From the IMG/VR virus record IMGVR_UViG_3300038451_000147, positions 41,336 through 105,335 of that record: DNA of 64,000 nucleotides. One strand, written 5' to 3'. The stretch is from a virus. Position 1 is the first letter of the stretch, and each line of letters starts with the position of its first letter. Positions 28,857 to 38,682 of this stretch are shown piece by piece. The notes below the pieces were generated by a model. It was not told the DNA's origin. It saw nothing but the letters and a program-made list of their open reading frames with translations, and made no database searches. The translations under genes were made by a program, and so were the position numbers.

Positions 28857-31800
28857 CTAAGTATTTACGTCTTCCTCTTCTTCTGGCACTACTCTCAGCC
28901 TCAGAGCCTTCTTGAAGGTCTTGAGAGTCGTGTTCTTGACCTCAGAGAGTATCTTAAGTTTGAGAAACTCCTTCCATTCAAACCTCATCTGGCCAACAAT
29001 CCCCTCACCCATGTATCCGAATATTAGAATTAGAGTCGTAACGAGATTACCTGTCTCCTTAGTGCCTATTTCTCCCTTGACTACTTGGTGTGTGACAGCA
29101 AACTTGCTAGTTGTTTCATCACCCATACTTCCTGAGACCTTTTGATGGGTTATCGTCTTCTCCGTCACACCGACTCCTATCGCTCCGCTTACAACATCAT
29201 GCAAGGCCGCAGTCACACCAAGCAGTCGAGTCCCGATAGAGCCTTTCGTAGTCTGATGAGTTACGGTGAACGTCTCGCTAGAAGAGGTTCCTATATGTCC
29301 AGAGACTACCTGCCCTGTCTCTACAATTAGATGGATGGCCGCGCCAATGGCCCCGCTTATTATGTCGAAGGTCTTTTCCTTTGCCGTTGTAGAAGTCCCA
29401 AGTTGACCAGAGACCTCTTGGTGAGGAATGGTCATCGCACCTGTCTCTGTTAAACCTATAGTCCCTGCGACCTTTTGGCGTGTGATACCCTTGCCCGAAA
29501 GTGAAGTGCCAATTGCTCCGCTTACAAGGTCGTGTATTATCTCGACAACCGATGCTCTGGCCCCAACTGAGCCATACACAACTTGAGAGGCTACAAGAGT
29601 TTGGCCCGTCTCGGTCACACCTATCGTTCCCTTGACTTTCTGTCGCGTTATGATTTGGCCAAGAATCGAGTCTCCAATCGCTCCGTTTACGCGCTGACTT
29701 ATCACACTAAGCACACCCAACGCATTGGTTCCGATAGAACCTGTGGTCTTCTGATGGGTTATCGCGGTCTGGCCAGACTCAGCCGTTCCTAAGGCTCCTG
29801 AAGTCGTTTGATGGGTGATGGTGATTTCACCAGACTCCTCTGAACCAATCTGTCCAAAAGTCTTTTGGTTGGTGGCACTCCGACCTGAAATCGAGCCGTT
29901 GATGGCCCCGCTTACAAATTGGCTCAATATCTTGATTGCTCCTAACAGATTGGTTCCAAGAGAGCCGCTTACCTCTTGGTGGGTTATAAGAACTGCACCC
30001 GTTTCTGCCGCACCCATAGTTCCCGAAACCACTTCATTGGTTGCGACAGTTCCTGAAATCTCATTCCCAATATCTCCATGCACAACTTGGGATATGACGA
30101 TGCCCAAAGACATTGCGGTTCCCATCACTCCTTGGAGTCCCTTATTCACAATACTCCATACTTGGCTCCCAATGCTTCCAGAGGTCTCTTGGTGGGTGAC
30201 AGCCAGTGTGCCAGTGGCATCCTCACCCATAGTGCCGCTTACCACTTGGTTAGTGACTGAGGTTTCTGTCGCTTCCACACCTAACTCTCCAGAGACCACA
30301 TCTCTAGTTACAACTGCGCCAATCCCTTCTGCCCCAATGTTGACTCCGATTACATCATGAGTCACACTCTGCCCAAAGCCACTGAGTCCAGTGCTACCGC
30401 TAACCTCTTGATGTGTTATATCGGTGACTCCTGAAGCCTCATTGCCCAACGCCCCACTTATTACATCACCAGTGACTACTTCCTCTGTGGCAGACGTTCC
30501 CAAGAGGCCACTCATGGCTTGGTATATCACATTCGCTATACCAGAGAGGTCGTCTCCTAATGAGCCAGAGACTTCCTGATGAGTCATCTCTATCGCCTCA
30601 GATGAGGCTTCGCCTATCGAACCAGATGCGGTTTGAGAGGTTATTTCGAGTGCTCCACTGGCCTCTTCTCCAATGGTTCCTTCCACCACATCGTTTGTTA
30701 TCAATGCTCCGAGTATGGCACTCCCGATGTATCCGAACATCTGTATTGCAGAGGTAACTATTGCGATTCCAGAGATGGCACTTCCTATCGAACCCATTAT
30801 ATTTTGTAAAGTGACAACAAACGTCCCGCTTGCATCAGTTCCTACTAACCCACTTACTTCTTGATGAGTGACAAACAACTCACCAGAAGCCGTATTGCCT
30901 ATCGAGCCACTTACTGCATCACTAATGATTAGTGTCTCAGTTGCTTCGGTTCCTAATATACCAGACACAAGTTGCGACAGTATCGCAAATGTCCCTGCTA
31001 AAGAATTGCCCAAAGAGCCAGAGGTTTCCTGATGGGTTACAGCCAAAGCACCAGAAGCGATGTCTCCCATTGCGCCACTGGTTTCCTGATGAGTGATAGC
31101 CAAAGTCCCAGAAACATCGTCTCCTATCAAGCCACTTATCTCTTGATGAGTCATCTCTATAACACCAGAGACCGAATCTCCTATAGAGCCAGAGACTACA
31201 TCATTGGTGATGATTGCTCCGCTTGCACTGTCTCCAATTGCACCTGCGGCAGTCTGATATATCATCTCAATTGCACCAGATATAGCATCTCCTATACTTC
31301 CTGCAACTACCTGTTCTGTCTCTACAATCTCTGAGATAGCCGCACCTATGGCTCCACTTATTGTCTGATATGTCATAACCAACGCTCCACTAAGACTGCT
31401 TCCTATCAATCCAGAGACCGTTTGATGCGTTATTTCGGTTGTACCACTGATGGCATCGCCTATAGAACCAACTACCTCTTGATGAGTTATCTCAATCGCT
31501 TCTGTCGCACTCTCACCTAAAACACCTGATACAATCTGTTGAGAAATGCCTGTTAGAGTAGACAGAGCACTTCCTATAGCTCCGTATACATATGTAACAA
31601 GGGCAGTGACAGCCACTCCGACAAGACTGGTTCCAATAGAGCCACCGATGGTCTGATGGGTTATAGCAATCGCTCCACTACCCGCGTTACCCATCGAACC
31701 TACTACAGTTTGATATGTCATTTTAACTGAGTCAGCAATAGCGTTTCCAACAGAACCCGTTGCAGTCTGATGGGTTAGATTGAAGGCTGTCTTAGATGCC

Positions 31801-32567
31801 GCACCACCGATAGCTCCTGCTGAAGTCTGATGAGATATTGTAAATGCTTTAGAAGCGGCATTTCCAACAAAGCCAGTTGATGTTTGATGTGTCATCTTTA
31901 TGGCCTCTGAGATTCCTGAACCTATACTCCCACTGATGGCTTGTGCGCCTCTGAGTTCGGCCATACAACCGCCCCAATAGGCGGTATTTGTCCACGAACA
32001 AGCGATAGTCGTAGAACCCGGCGTGGCTCGGGTATTATCAATCATTATACTACTCATGCCCGTTGTGGTTCGAGCATCTCTTTGGTTGCCCGTTGTTGCA
32101 GAGGCTAGGTATGCGTTGTCAATATCGAAGCCACCAACAACCCAATTATTAGGGTCTTTTGTAGTGTCCGAGTTTGAGGCTGTATTCTGTCGTACAGCAG
32201 GGTCTTGCGCTTCGTGAAGATTGCCAAGTTTGATGACTCCTGTGTAAGATGATGTGCTACCAAGGAATCGTCCATTGGCCGCCATTGTAATCTTGATTAC
32301 GTTGGAAGCATTCGCATTGACCGCACCTTTGCACGCCCAAAGTTCGCCCGATGAGAGGTCTTGAGAATCACTGTAAGAATCAACATAAACGTAAGTATTC
32401 AAGGCTGTGTCGGTTATGGTTGAGACTCCGATAGCACCTGCGATGAGTGCGGTGACGTAGACAAAAACCCAATCTCCAACCAATGTGGCGATGGCTGGAA
32501 GGTTGAGTGTTTTGACTAAGGCTGAACTCTGGGTGGCTCCGGTATCGTTCTTCTGAGCAATAGTCAT
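28857..32567 (-). CDS. Long fibre protein: N-terminal globular domain plus ~45 tandem 21-22 aa repeats
   Basis: Repeat unit THQ-x-x-SG-x-IG-x-x-x-SG-x-x-x-I. Confidence 0.75.
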   Translation of the reverse strand: MTIAQKNDTGATQSSALVKTLNLPAIATLVGDWVFVYVTALIAGAIGVSTITDTALNTYVYVDSYSDSQDLSSGELWACKGAVNANASNVIKITMAANGRFLGSTSSYTGVIKLGNLHEAQDPAVRQNTASNSDTTKDPNNWVVGGFDIDNAYLASATTGNQRDARTTTGMSSIMIDNTRATPGSTTIACSWTNTAYWGGCMAELRGAQAISGSIGSGISEAIKMTHQTSTGFVGNAASKAFTISHQTSAGAIGGAASKTAFNLTHQTATGSVGNAIADSVKMTYQTVVGSMGNAGSGAIAITHQTIGGSIGTSLVGVAVTALVTYVYGAIGSALSTLTGISQQIVSGVLGESATEAIEITHQEVVGSIGDAISGTTEITHQTVSGLIGSSLSGALVMTYQTISGAIGAAISEIVETEQVVAGSIGDAISGAIEMIYQTAAGAIGDSASGAIITNDVVSGSIGDSVSGVIEMTHQEISGLIGDDVSGTLAITHQETSGAMGDIASGALAVTHQETSGSLGNSLAGTFAILSQLVSGILGTEATETLIISDAVSGSIGNTASGELFVTHQEVSGLVGTDASGTFVVTLQNIMGSIGSAISGIAIVTSAIQMFGYIGSAILGALITNDVVEGTIGEEASGALEITSQTASGSIGEASSEAIEMTHQEVSGSLGDDLSGIANVIYQAMSGLLGTSATEEVVTGDVISGALGNEASGVTDITHQEVSGSTGLSGFGQSVTHDVIGVNIGAEGIGAVVTRDVVSGELGVEATETSVTNQVVSGTMGEDATGTLAVTHQETSGSIGSQVWSIVNKGLQGVMGTAMSLGIVISQVVHGDIGNEISGTVATNEVVSGTMGAAETGAVLITHQEVSGSLGTNLLGAIKILSQFVSGAINGSISGRSATNQKTFGQIGSEESGEITITHQTTSGALGTAESGQTAITHQKTTGSIGTNALGVLSVISQRVNGAIGDSILGQIITRQKVKGTIGVTETGQTLVASQVVYGSVGARASVVEIIHDLVSGAIGTSLSGKGITRQKVAGTIGLTETGAMTIPHQEVSGQLGTSTTAKEKTFDIISGAIGAAIHLIVETGQVVSGHIGTSSSETFTVTHQTTKGSIGTRLLGVTAALHDVVSGAIGVGVTEKTITHQKVSGSMGDETTSKFAVTHQVVKGEIGTKETGNLVTTLILIFGYMGEGIVGQMRFEWKEFLKLKILSEVKNTTLKTFKKALRLRVVPEEEEDVNT

Positions 32568-32657
32568 CCTATAACCACCCTATTCCAGCCCGATTCAGAG
32601 GACATACTAGAGAGTATAGTCCTTCTGAGTTATATAAGGTTGACCCACTTAGACCGT

Positions 32658-33338
32658 CTAAGTGCAGGTTATCGTATAGGTCACAGCCACCGTTCCGCTT
32701 GCGCTTACAACGTATCCTGTTGCGCCATTGGTCTGGTCGTGGGCAAGCAGGTAAATGTTGCTATCGAAAGTCCCGTAAATTCCGATGTTGCCCCAAGTCT
32801 CGTTGCCAGCAGTGCTGTTCGTCATAGTTCCTACAATCAGGAATGTAGTCGTGCTCGATGAAGTCGAATTGATGGTTCCATCAGCAGTCGCGGTTCCAAT
32901 GTGCGTTGGAGTCACAGCCCCATCTGCTCCTGCAAGTTGGGTTTCGATTGCTCGGTCTGTCCCGGCGTTTGGCGCGGTCACACCACTTCCAGCGACTATC
33001 TGAATAGCACTACCAACTTTATCTGCCGCCATCGTGTGAGTCGCGTTGGATGTATCGTAAACCATAGCCGTGACGATTGCTGTGTGAAGCATAGCCGACA
33101 TAATGATAGCACAGAAGTTCTTGGTGGACAGGTCGTGCTCCTGATAGGAGTGGTTTGACATCACTTTGGGACAGTCACACTGAGGGACTATCCTTCGTCT
33201 CTCGATGTGGAAGAAAGGCCAACGGGCTTGTTTCACAACTAGAGTCTTAGTCTGAGTCTTATCTGGAGTCTGGTGAATCGGGCAAGGCTCGAAAACCTTG
33301 ATGTCCAGACCAATGTGCATACCACCTATTCCTGACAT
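32658..33338 (-). CDS. Virion structural protein (fibre/baseplate-associated)
   Basis: Thr/Ala/Gly-rich, GSG.TAP...D..IET, terminal VTYTI strand. Confidence 0.55.
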   Translation of the reverse strand: MSGIGGMHIGLDIKVFEPCPIHQTPDKTQTKTLVVKQARWPFFHIERRRIVPQCDCPKVMSNHSYQEHDLSTKNFCAIIMSAMLHTAIVTAMVYDTSNATHTMAADKVGSAIQIVAGSGVTAPNAGTDRAIETQLAGADGAVTPTHIGTATADGTINSTSSSTTTFLIVGTMTNSTAGNETWGNIGIYGTFDSNIYLLAHDQTNGATGYVVSASGTVAVTYTITCT

Positions 33339-33391
33339 ATCTAAGTATTAGTAGGATTCGGGAGTATTTAAGGCTTGCTGACTAAGGTTGT

Positions 33392-34054
33392 CTAGTATTG
33401 CGTAATGTTCAGCGTTAGTATCCAGAGTTGGCCAGCACCCTTCAGTCCTTCATCCTGCACATATCTGTCCATGAGAAGGATGTTCACGTTATCATAACTG
33501 GTGACAACAGAACCGGGGCCATCAGCCGCATCGTTGTCAACTCCGAAGGTTGTCCACTCCCATTCAGCAATACCAGTCGGGAAGGACGCTTCCCATGTGA
33601 TTGTGTCTCCTATAGTCGCGTTGGTAGTAATCTGTGGATAGGTTGGGTCTATGGTTTGCATATAGAGATTCGTGGCTCCGCCAATAGGATTCAGGACAGT
33701 TACGCTTGTGTCGAAAGGAGAAGATGGGTCGTCTGAGACTCCAAGCCTTGAATTGGTGTTATTGAAGTAGAGACCACCACTACCAATTACAAAGCCCCAT
33801 CCAAGCGGCTTGTAGTCGTCGAGCAGACTGTTTGGCCCAATCACGGTCTTTTTGATTAGTTTGTGATGGAACTTTGTCATGGCTTCTCCAACAGAATGCC
33901 CCTCTTTCTTCCAGTTGTAAATTGCGTTATCTGGGTCTTTGAAACGGGCGATTGTGAATGTGGCCCTTCTAGGATTGGAAAGCATCAATTCTCTTGCTAT
34001 CTGTGGAGTCATTACTATCGGCCTTTTAACTACTTCTGGAACTGCGGTGGCCAT
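33392..34054 (-). CDS. Virion structural protein
   Basis: LGV, TYPQI, ASF..G.A.WEW..FGV.N, G.K...W.L pattern seen in tailed-virus structural proteins. Confidence 0.55.
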   Translation of the reverse strand: MATAVPEVVKRPIVMTPQIARELMLSNPRRATFTIARFKDPDNAIYNWKKEGHSVGEAMTKFHHKLIKKTVIGPNSLLDDYKPLGWGFVIGSGGLYFNNTNSRLGVSDDPSSPFDTSVTVLNPIGGATNLYMQTIDPTYPQITTNATIGDTITWEASFPTGIAEWEWTTFGVDNDAADGPGSVVTSYDNVNILLMDRYVQDEGLKGAGQLWILTLNITQY

Positions 34055-34087
34055 TCTAATGTATAGATGGTAGCAGTAGTATTTAAG

Positions 34088-34150
34088 CCCTTCGGCTGAA
34101 GGGATTTAAAAACGTGGGAAGGGGTAGCCCACTAAAGGCGGCTACGCCCT
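34088..34150 (-). terminator. GC hairpin plus T-tract after the MCP gene
   Basis: Minus strand GGGCGTAGCC...GGCTACCCC then GTTTTT; second hairpin CCCTTC/GAAGGG. Confidence 0.45.
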
Positions 34151-34208
34151 GCTTTCAGTTAACTCTCCGAAGGGAGTGTGTTGTATGGTTGGCTTCTAGT
34201 GAAAGACT

Positions 34209-35144
34209 CTACGAAGACCGCAAGTCGGTCATCTTCACAATACTTTCTGGGTATGTGATGACGGGCGCGTATCTTGCAGTAATCACAGTGTCTATCGAGT
34301 CGAAAGTCGGTTGCGGCCAAACATCTACGCTGATGGGTCTCTTAGTCGCAAAGTAGCCCAACGGGGCGTATGCGGCTGAGTAGTTGCTACCTGAAGCGGC
34401 AAGGATGTAAGCCCTACCACTGTTGGCAGTTCCATCAGTCAGAGGGATGTTCGGGGTGACTATCCGCTTAAGTCCATACAGCGCAGGGGCGGAAACGACT
34501 GTTCCCTGTCCCTGTTGGTATACGGGCTGTCCGAAGAAGAGTAGTGCGGCAAACTGCGGAATCCTAGCCAAGTCCTGATTCGCCATTGGATTCATCGCAA
34601 TGGTGTCAGGTTCCAGCATGAAGTTCTGGATGACTTGGATGCCGTTTGTTATGTCGTTAACTCCTATCGTGTTAGCGAATGTTCCGGGCGTTCCATCCAT
34701 GAACACTGAAGTTCCAGTGACACCGTAGGTGGTTTGAGCACCTGCGTTGAGAGCCTTCTCAACGTCTTGGTCAATCGTCATGACCACTCGTCTCGCGGCT
34801 CTTTTCAACTGGTCTTCTACTATGTTCACTATCTGGTCTTCAATCAACTCTCTGGTAACTCGGACTCTCATACCCACCTTGTAAGGTGTAACGGTAATCG
34901 AGTCGTAAGGTGTGAAGTCGGCCATTATCTCGGCCCCTTCCGCAGTCTTTCCTATAACTGCGTTGGCGCGAGCACCCTTTTGTTTCGGAATGGTGGCTGT
35001 TGAACCAACCTTGATGAAGAAGTCCTGAAGTAGAGGCTTCAATGCCAGATTGGGCATCGTAAGTTCTACTATCCTCTTCGCCAGTGCTGGATAGAACAGA
35101 GCACCAGTGTTAACTATCGGGAACTGCTCTCTTGTCATTGCCAT
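34209..35144 (-). CDS. Major capsid protein, HK97 fold
   Basis: AEGAEI, TPYKVG..V.VTRELIED, IDQD, PDTIAMNP, LYGL; follows protease-scaffold-cement. Confidence 0.9.
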   Translation of the reverse strand: MAMTREQFPIVNTGALFYPALAKRIVELTMPNLALKPLLQDFFIKVGSTATIPKQKGARANAVIGKTAEGAEIMADFTPYDSITVTPYKVGMRVRVTRELIEDQIVNIVEDQLKRAARRVVMTIDQDVEKALNAGAQTTYGVTGTSVFMDGTPGTFANTIGVNDITNGIQVIQNFMLEPDTIAMNPMANQDLARIPQFAALLFFGQPVYQQGQGTVVSAPALYGLKRIVTPNIPLTDGTANSGRAYILAASGSNYSAAYAPLGYFATKRPISVDVWPQPTFDSIDTVITARYAPVITYPESIVKMTDLRSS

Positions 35145-35163
35145 TCTAACTCACTTGTAGTGT

Positions 35164-35628
35164 CTAGAACAGAAGGGCAACAATGGATTGAGGAGTGCTT
35201 GTCACAGTGCATCCCTGAAGGGCGATGAGCCTTGCGTTTAGTTGGCCAGTTGCCGTATCCGCAACCGCAACCATCCCATCGTGTCCAGTGGTGTCTGATG
35301 TGTCAAGGAATTGCCCCGGCGTAACTGTGGTATCGCATATCACAGTCACTTCACCACGACAAATGACATCAATTGCACTCTGAAGTTGCCCAGATGTCTG
35401 AGCGACTCCAAGAATGAACTTGAGTTCTGCGCCTTCCCCTGCTACGGGAACGACACAGGTAAAGTCATTGTCGGTTGCCAGAGTAACTATTGCTCCTACA
35501 TATACATTCGTGCCGCTTGCATTCGCCTCACTATTGAAGGTGAGAAGGAACGAGTCGTTGTGGAAGGGTGCGCCTTCAAGCAGTCCGGGGATTGAACTTC
35601 CGTGTAGATAAGGTGGCCCGAAAGCCAT
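35164..35628 (-). CDS. Capsid cement/decoration protein
   Basis: ILGVAQ, IDVICRGEV, VTPGQFL; between scaffold and MCP. Confidence 0.7.
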   Translation of the reverse strand: MAFGPPYLHGSSIPGLLEGAPFHNDSFLLTFNSEANASGTNVYVGAIVTLATDNDFTCVVPVAGEGAELKFILGVAQTSGQLQSAIDVICRGEVTVICDTTVTPGQFLDTSDTTGHDGMVAVADTATGQLNARLIALQGCTVTSTPQSIVALLF

Positions 35629-35638
35629 TGTCTATTAC

Positions 35639-36163
35639 CTACCCTGAGAGTAGTCCCAGACTCTTGAACTTATCGGAAGCACTCATGAGTTCCTTGAACT
35701 CAGGTGGGATTTCGGTAGAGATACCCATAGCGGCAAGAGCACTGTTCTCTTCTTTTACCTCACCGACATTGCCCTTTCCATTGGCAGTGTTGGCAGGTGC
35801 AGAAGCAGTGGCCTCTTTCCGTTTCTTGGCCTCTTCCTCAACCTTAGACCGGACTTCCTGAAGCCTAGACTTCAGTTCTTCCAGTTTCTTCCGCTTTGTG
35901 GCTTCCTCTTCCTCTTTCTTGCGCTTCGCCTCTTCGTCCTCTTCAACCTTGCGGTTAGATGCCCGTCTCAGAGCAATCCTCTGGCTCAGTAGGGCTTGCC
36001 TCTTGCGAAGCGAGTCTTGCTGTTCCAGTTTCACATTGACCTCTTTGATTATGGACATCAGACCATCAAGTTTGGATTCGAGAGCACCGAATTGCTTCAC
36101 AACTTGGTCATAAGACAAAGTTTTGCCTTCGCTTATTTCACCAGAAGGTGCGACAGTAGCCAT
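35639..36163 (-). CDS. Scaffolding protein
   Basis: Charged coiled coil, linker, C-terminal amphipathic helix; synteny. Confidence 0.75.
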   Translation of the reverse strand: MATVAPSGEISEGKTLSYDQVVKQFGALESKLDGLMSIIKEVNVKLEQQDSLRKRQALLSQRIALRRASNRKVEEDEEAKRKKEEEEATKRKKLEELKSRLQEVRSKVEEEAKKRKEATASAPANTANGKGNVGEVKEENSALAAMGISTEIPPEFKELMSASDKFKSLGLLSG

Positions 36164-36249
36164 TTAGTTTCTTGATTTCTGGGGTGACGTTACATTTACC
36201 AATCGGCCAACTACACACCCATATAGAGTAGAAGGTGTCATAAGTGGAG

Positions 36250-36275
36250 TATATATGGTATACCCCTTATTTAAA
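36250..36275 (-). promoter_or_regulatory. Capsid-operon promoter with GGTATACC palindrome between TATA and predicted TSS
   Basis: TATA 36268-36275; ATATATGGTATACCC (36251-36265) repeated exactly at 50764-50778. Confidence 0.55.
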
Positions 36276-36284
36276 GCCTTCGCC

Positions 36285-37820
36285 TCAGTTCCCGAACATA
36301 TCGGGTGTTTCATCGCGTCCAATGACATCGAGATAGGTTTCCTCATCAACCATCTGTCCACAGCCACAGGGACACTTATACTGCTCCTTGGGTTCAGCCT
36401 CTTCTTGTCGTCCCTCTTTCGGAACCTCACCAGAACCACCACAGGTTTCACAATCGGCACCACTGATAGGGAACCGTCCTATTCCTGTGCAATCGGGACA
36501 CCAATCCATCCCCTCATGTGGTTTTATCCTCAACTTCTGCAAAACTCCTTCCTCTTTCCCTGCCTCTTCATAAACCAAGCAAGGGCAATCTGCCGCGCCC
36601 GGAAAATAGGACGTAGGCGCATGACAACCATCTTCTTGATGATACCCTCTCACATGACTGCATACACACTTGCCCTCTTCCTTCTTATCTTTCTCTCCAC
36701 CTTTCTCCACCAGTGGGAAGTCCTCTAGTGAGCCGCCTTTGGCCTCTTCAGTCTTTGCTCCACACATTTCGCAATCACCACAACGACAAGAAGAAGGACA
36801 ATTGCATCCGAAATTTTGACAACTTACACCACCCCATGTCTCATCTTCCTCTTCCTTTGGTTCATCCACTGGTTGCCCTAGAGATTTCATAAAGGCTTCT
36901 TCTTCGGGAGAAAAGCCATACTCCTCTATAGGCTTGTCTAAATCCAAGTCTCTCGCCTTTTGGCTGTATCTAATCTCAACTCGGTCTTCTGGATAGCCTT
37001 CCAAGGCCATTTTTGCCATCCTAAGTTGCATCTCAACCACTTCAGCAGTGACCATTCTGACTGCATTCATGGCCTCAAAGAGCATGGGTGTGAAGTTTGG
37101 AAGCACGATTTTAGCCGCCTTTGGCACTGGTTTGACCGTTGGCGGTGCTACTTTAGGCTCATAACGCGCCCTTAGAGCATAGTCAAGACTGGCTTTGAAT
37201 CCAAATGGAGTGATGTCAGCGTGTTCATAGGCAGGTATAGCTATGATAGACTGCTCCAAAGCCGCAGGTCGGCGTATCAACATATTCAAACTGCCGCATC
37301 TTGGGCAGGGAAGGTCAAGGTCTTCGATAGCGGCTTCCTGTTCGGACTTGCCTTGAGCGGTCATACAGTCATCACAATAGGCATTCGGGACAGCAATCTG
37401 GATGCTATTGTGCTTGATATAACCCAAAAGTATCTTCTGAATGATGTTTTCGTCACAAGTTTCACCCTTCCAGAAGACTTTTCCAGCCGTTGGGTCGTTC
37501 TTGTCTGGCTCTACCCATGCCTCTTCGACCTTCCCGATGATAGAATCAACGTGGTCTATGTCGTGGTCTTTCATCAGAGGGAGTCCCTTAAGTTGGTCAG
37601 CGATGGCTTGAAGGTCTTCTAGAGGCACTCTCCACTTGTTCCGGTTCCGAGAAGTGTCAATGGCCATACCACCAAGACCCAGAATGTGTGGAAAAGCACT
37701 TGGCCCTTCCTTCTTGTAGTTGTCAATGAGTTCAGCGTATCGCTTGGTCGTAACTAGGGGTGCGAGACCAGAACTATACTTGAAAGTCAGCCCCTTTCGG
37801 TCTGAAGGTATCGGAACCAT
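36285..37820 (-). CDS. Prohead protease with long Cys-rich C-terminal extension
   Basis: NRN, PLMKDH, IIGKV, NSI, EQSIIAIPAY. Confidence 0.8.
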   Translation of the reverse strand: MVPIPSDRKGLTFKYSSGLAPLVTTKRYAELIDNYKKEGPSAFPHILGLGGMAIDTSRNRNKWRVPLEDLQAIADQLKGLPLMKDHDIDHVDSIIGKVEEAWVEPDKNDPTAGKVFWKGETCDENIIQKILLGYIKHNSIQIAVPNAYCDDCMTAQGKSEQEAAIEDLDLPCPRCGSLNMLIRRPAALEQSIIAIPAYEHADITPFGFKASLDYALRARYEPKVAPPTVKPVPKAAKIVLPNFTPMLFEAMNAVRMVTAEVVEMQLRMAKMALEGYPEDRVEIRYSQKARDLDLDKPIEEYGFSPEEEAFMKSLGQPVDEPKEEEDETWGGVSCQNFGCNCPSSCRCGDCEMCGAKTEEAKGGSLEDFPLVEKGGEKDKKEEGKCVCSHVRGYHQEDGCHAPTSYFPGAADCPCLVYEEAGKEEGVLQKLRIKPHEGMDWCPDCTGIGRFPISGADCETCGGSGEVPKEGRQEEAEPKEQYKCPCGCGQMVDEETYLDVIGRDETPDMFGN

Positions 37821-37848
37821 CTCGTATTTATAGTGGGAGAACCTCTAT

Positions 37849-38178
37849 TTAAGGCTGTCCTTGAATGGGCCTCTCCTTAGTAGAGAACACTACGATAGCC
37901 ACCTTCGTTCCATAGGTTATCTTGGAGATAGCGGCCTCTCGTTTCCACATATAGGCTTTGGCGAACTCGGTTGGCAAGACTACTTTCACCTTTCCATCCA
38001 CAGAAACCACCTTGGCCTCAAACTTCTTATGTGAAGCGAACTCCAAAGCCTTGTGCTTCTCTTGAGTTATGTAGAACTCGTCCTCACTAGGGGCGTAGAT
38101 GAAGGCTTTGTCACCCCATTCCTTGGCGGTAACTAGGTCTCCTAAAGGCAGGTCTATGGTTTCAGTCGTGGTGGCCAT
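37849..38178 (-). CDS. Hypothetical protein
   Basis: In operon with SSB. Confidence 0.5.
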   Translation of the reverse strand: MATTTETIDLPLGDLVTAKEWGDKAFIYAPSEDEFYITQEKHKALEFASHKKFEAKVVSVDGKVKVVLPTEFAKAYMWKREAAISKITYGTKVAIVVFSTKERPIQGQP

Positions 38179-38371
38179 TGTTTCTCACCTTCCGAGATAG
38201 CGGCTTCGTGCTTATAGGGATTATCTCTCGTATGACTATCCACCACACTCCACAGTCGAGACAGTCATAACGAAGAGGGCCACCCCACCCTTCTGGATGA
38301 AGGTCGGGACGGTAGGGTTGCTCAGTCGGTCTCTTTGAAATGTTTAGACTCCCACACGCTTCGCACTTCAA
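38162..38371 (-). CDS. Zn-ribbon protein
   Basis: CEACGS...CLDCG. Confidence 0.55.
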   Translation of the reverse strand: MKCEACGSLNISKRPTEQPYRPDLHPEGWGGPLRYDCLDCGVWWIVIREIIPISTKPLSRKVRNNGHHD

Positions 38372-38661
38372 CTGCCATCTACTGTGAGTTTCCCATACTT
38401 CCCTACGTTGAGGCGGATGACCTTCTGGAACTCTGAGACGAACCCATTGGTGATGGCCACAAGAGAATCTTTCTTGACCCTTTTGATGTCATCGTTCCAA
38501 AGCGACAGAGTGATGCTTCCTGTTGCATCCTGAATCTTCGCATCTGCCACCTGTGCTGTCCCACCTGCTCTCAGGTTGACAGTCTTAGGGTCACTAAGTT
38601 CTTTCACAACCCCAGAGGCATCTACCTTCCTCATTCCGTTCTTTAGGTCGCGTATATCCAT
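38368..38661 (-). CDS. ssb: Single OB-fold ssDNA-binding protein (TACK-type SSB)
   Basis: VADA.I.D.TGSI.LSLWNDDI, I.NG.V..F....LNVGKYG. Confidence 0.9.
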   Translation of the reverse strand: MDIRDLKNGMRKVDASGVVKELSDPKTVNLRAGGTAQVADAKIQDATGSITLSLWNDDIKRVKKDSLVAITNGFVSEFQKVIRLNVGKYGKLTVDGS

Positions 38662-38682
38662 AGGCATAGGATGGTTTCTAGC

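Noticed and set aside
28857-32567. Tape measure protein
   Set aside because: Gly/Ser/Ile/Val beta-type repeats with a globular N-terminal domain, rather than helical Ala/Leu/Lys-rich TMP character
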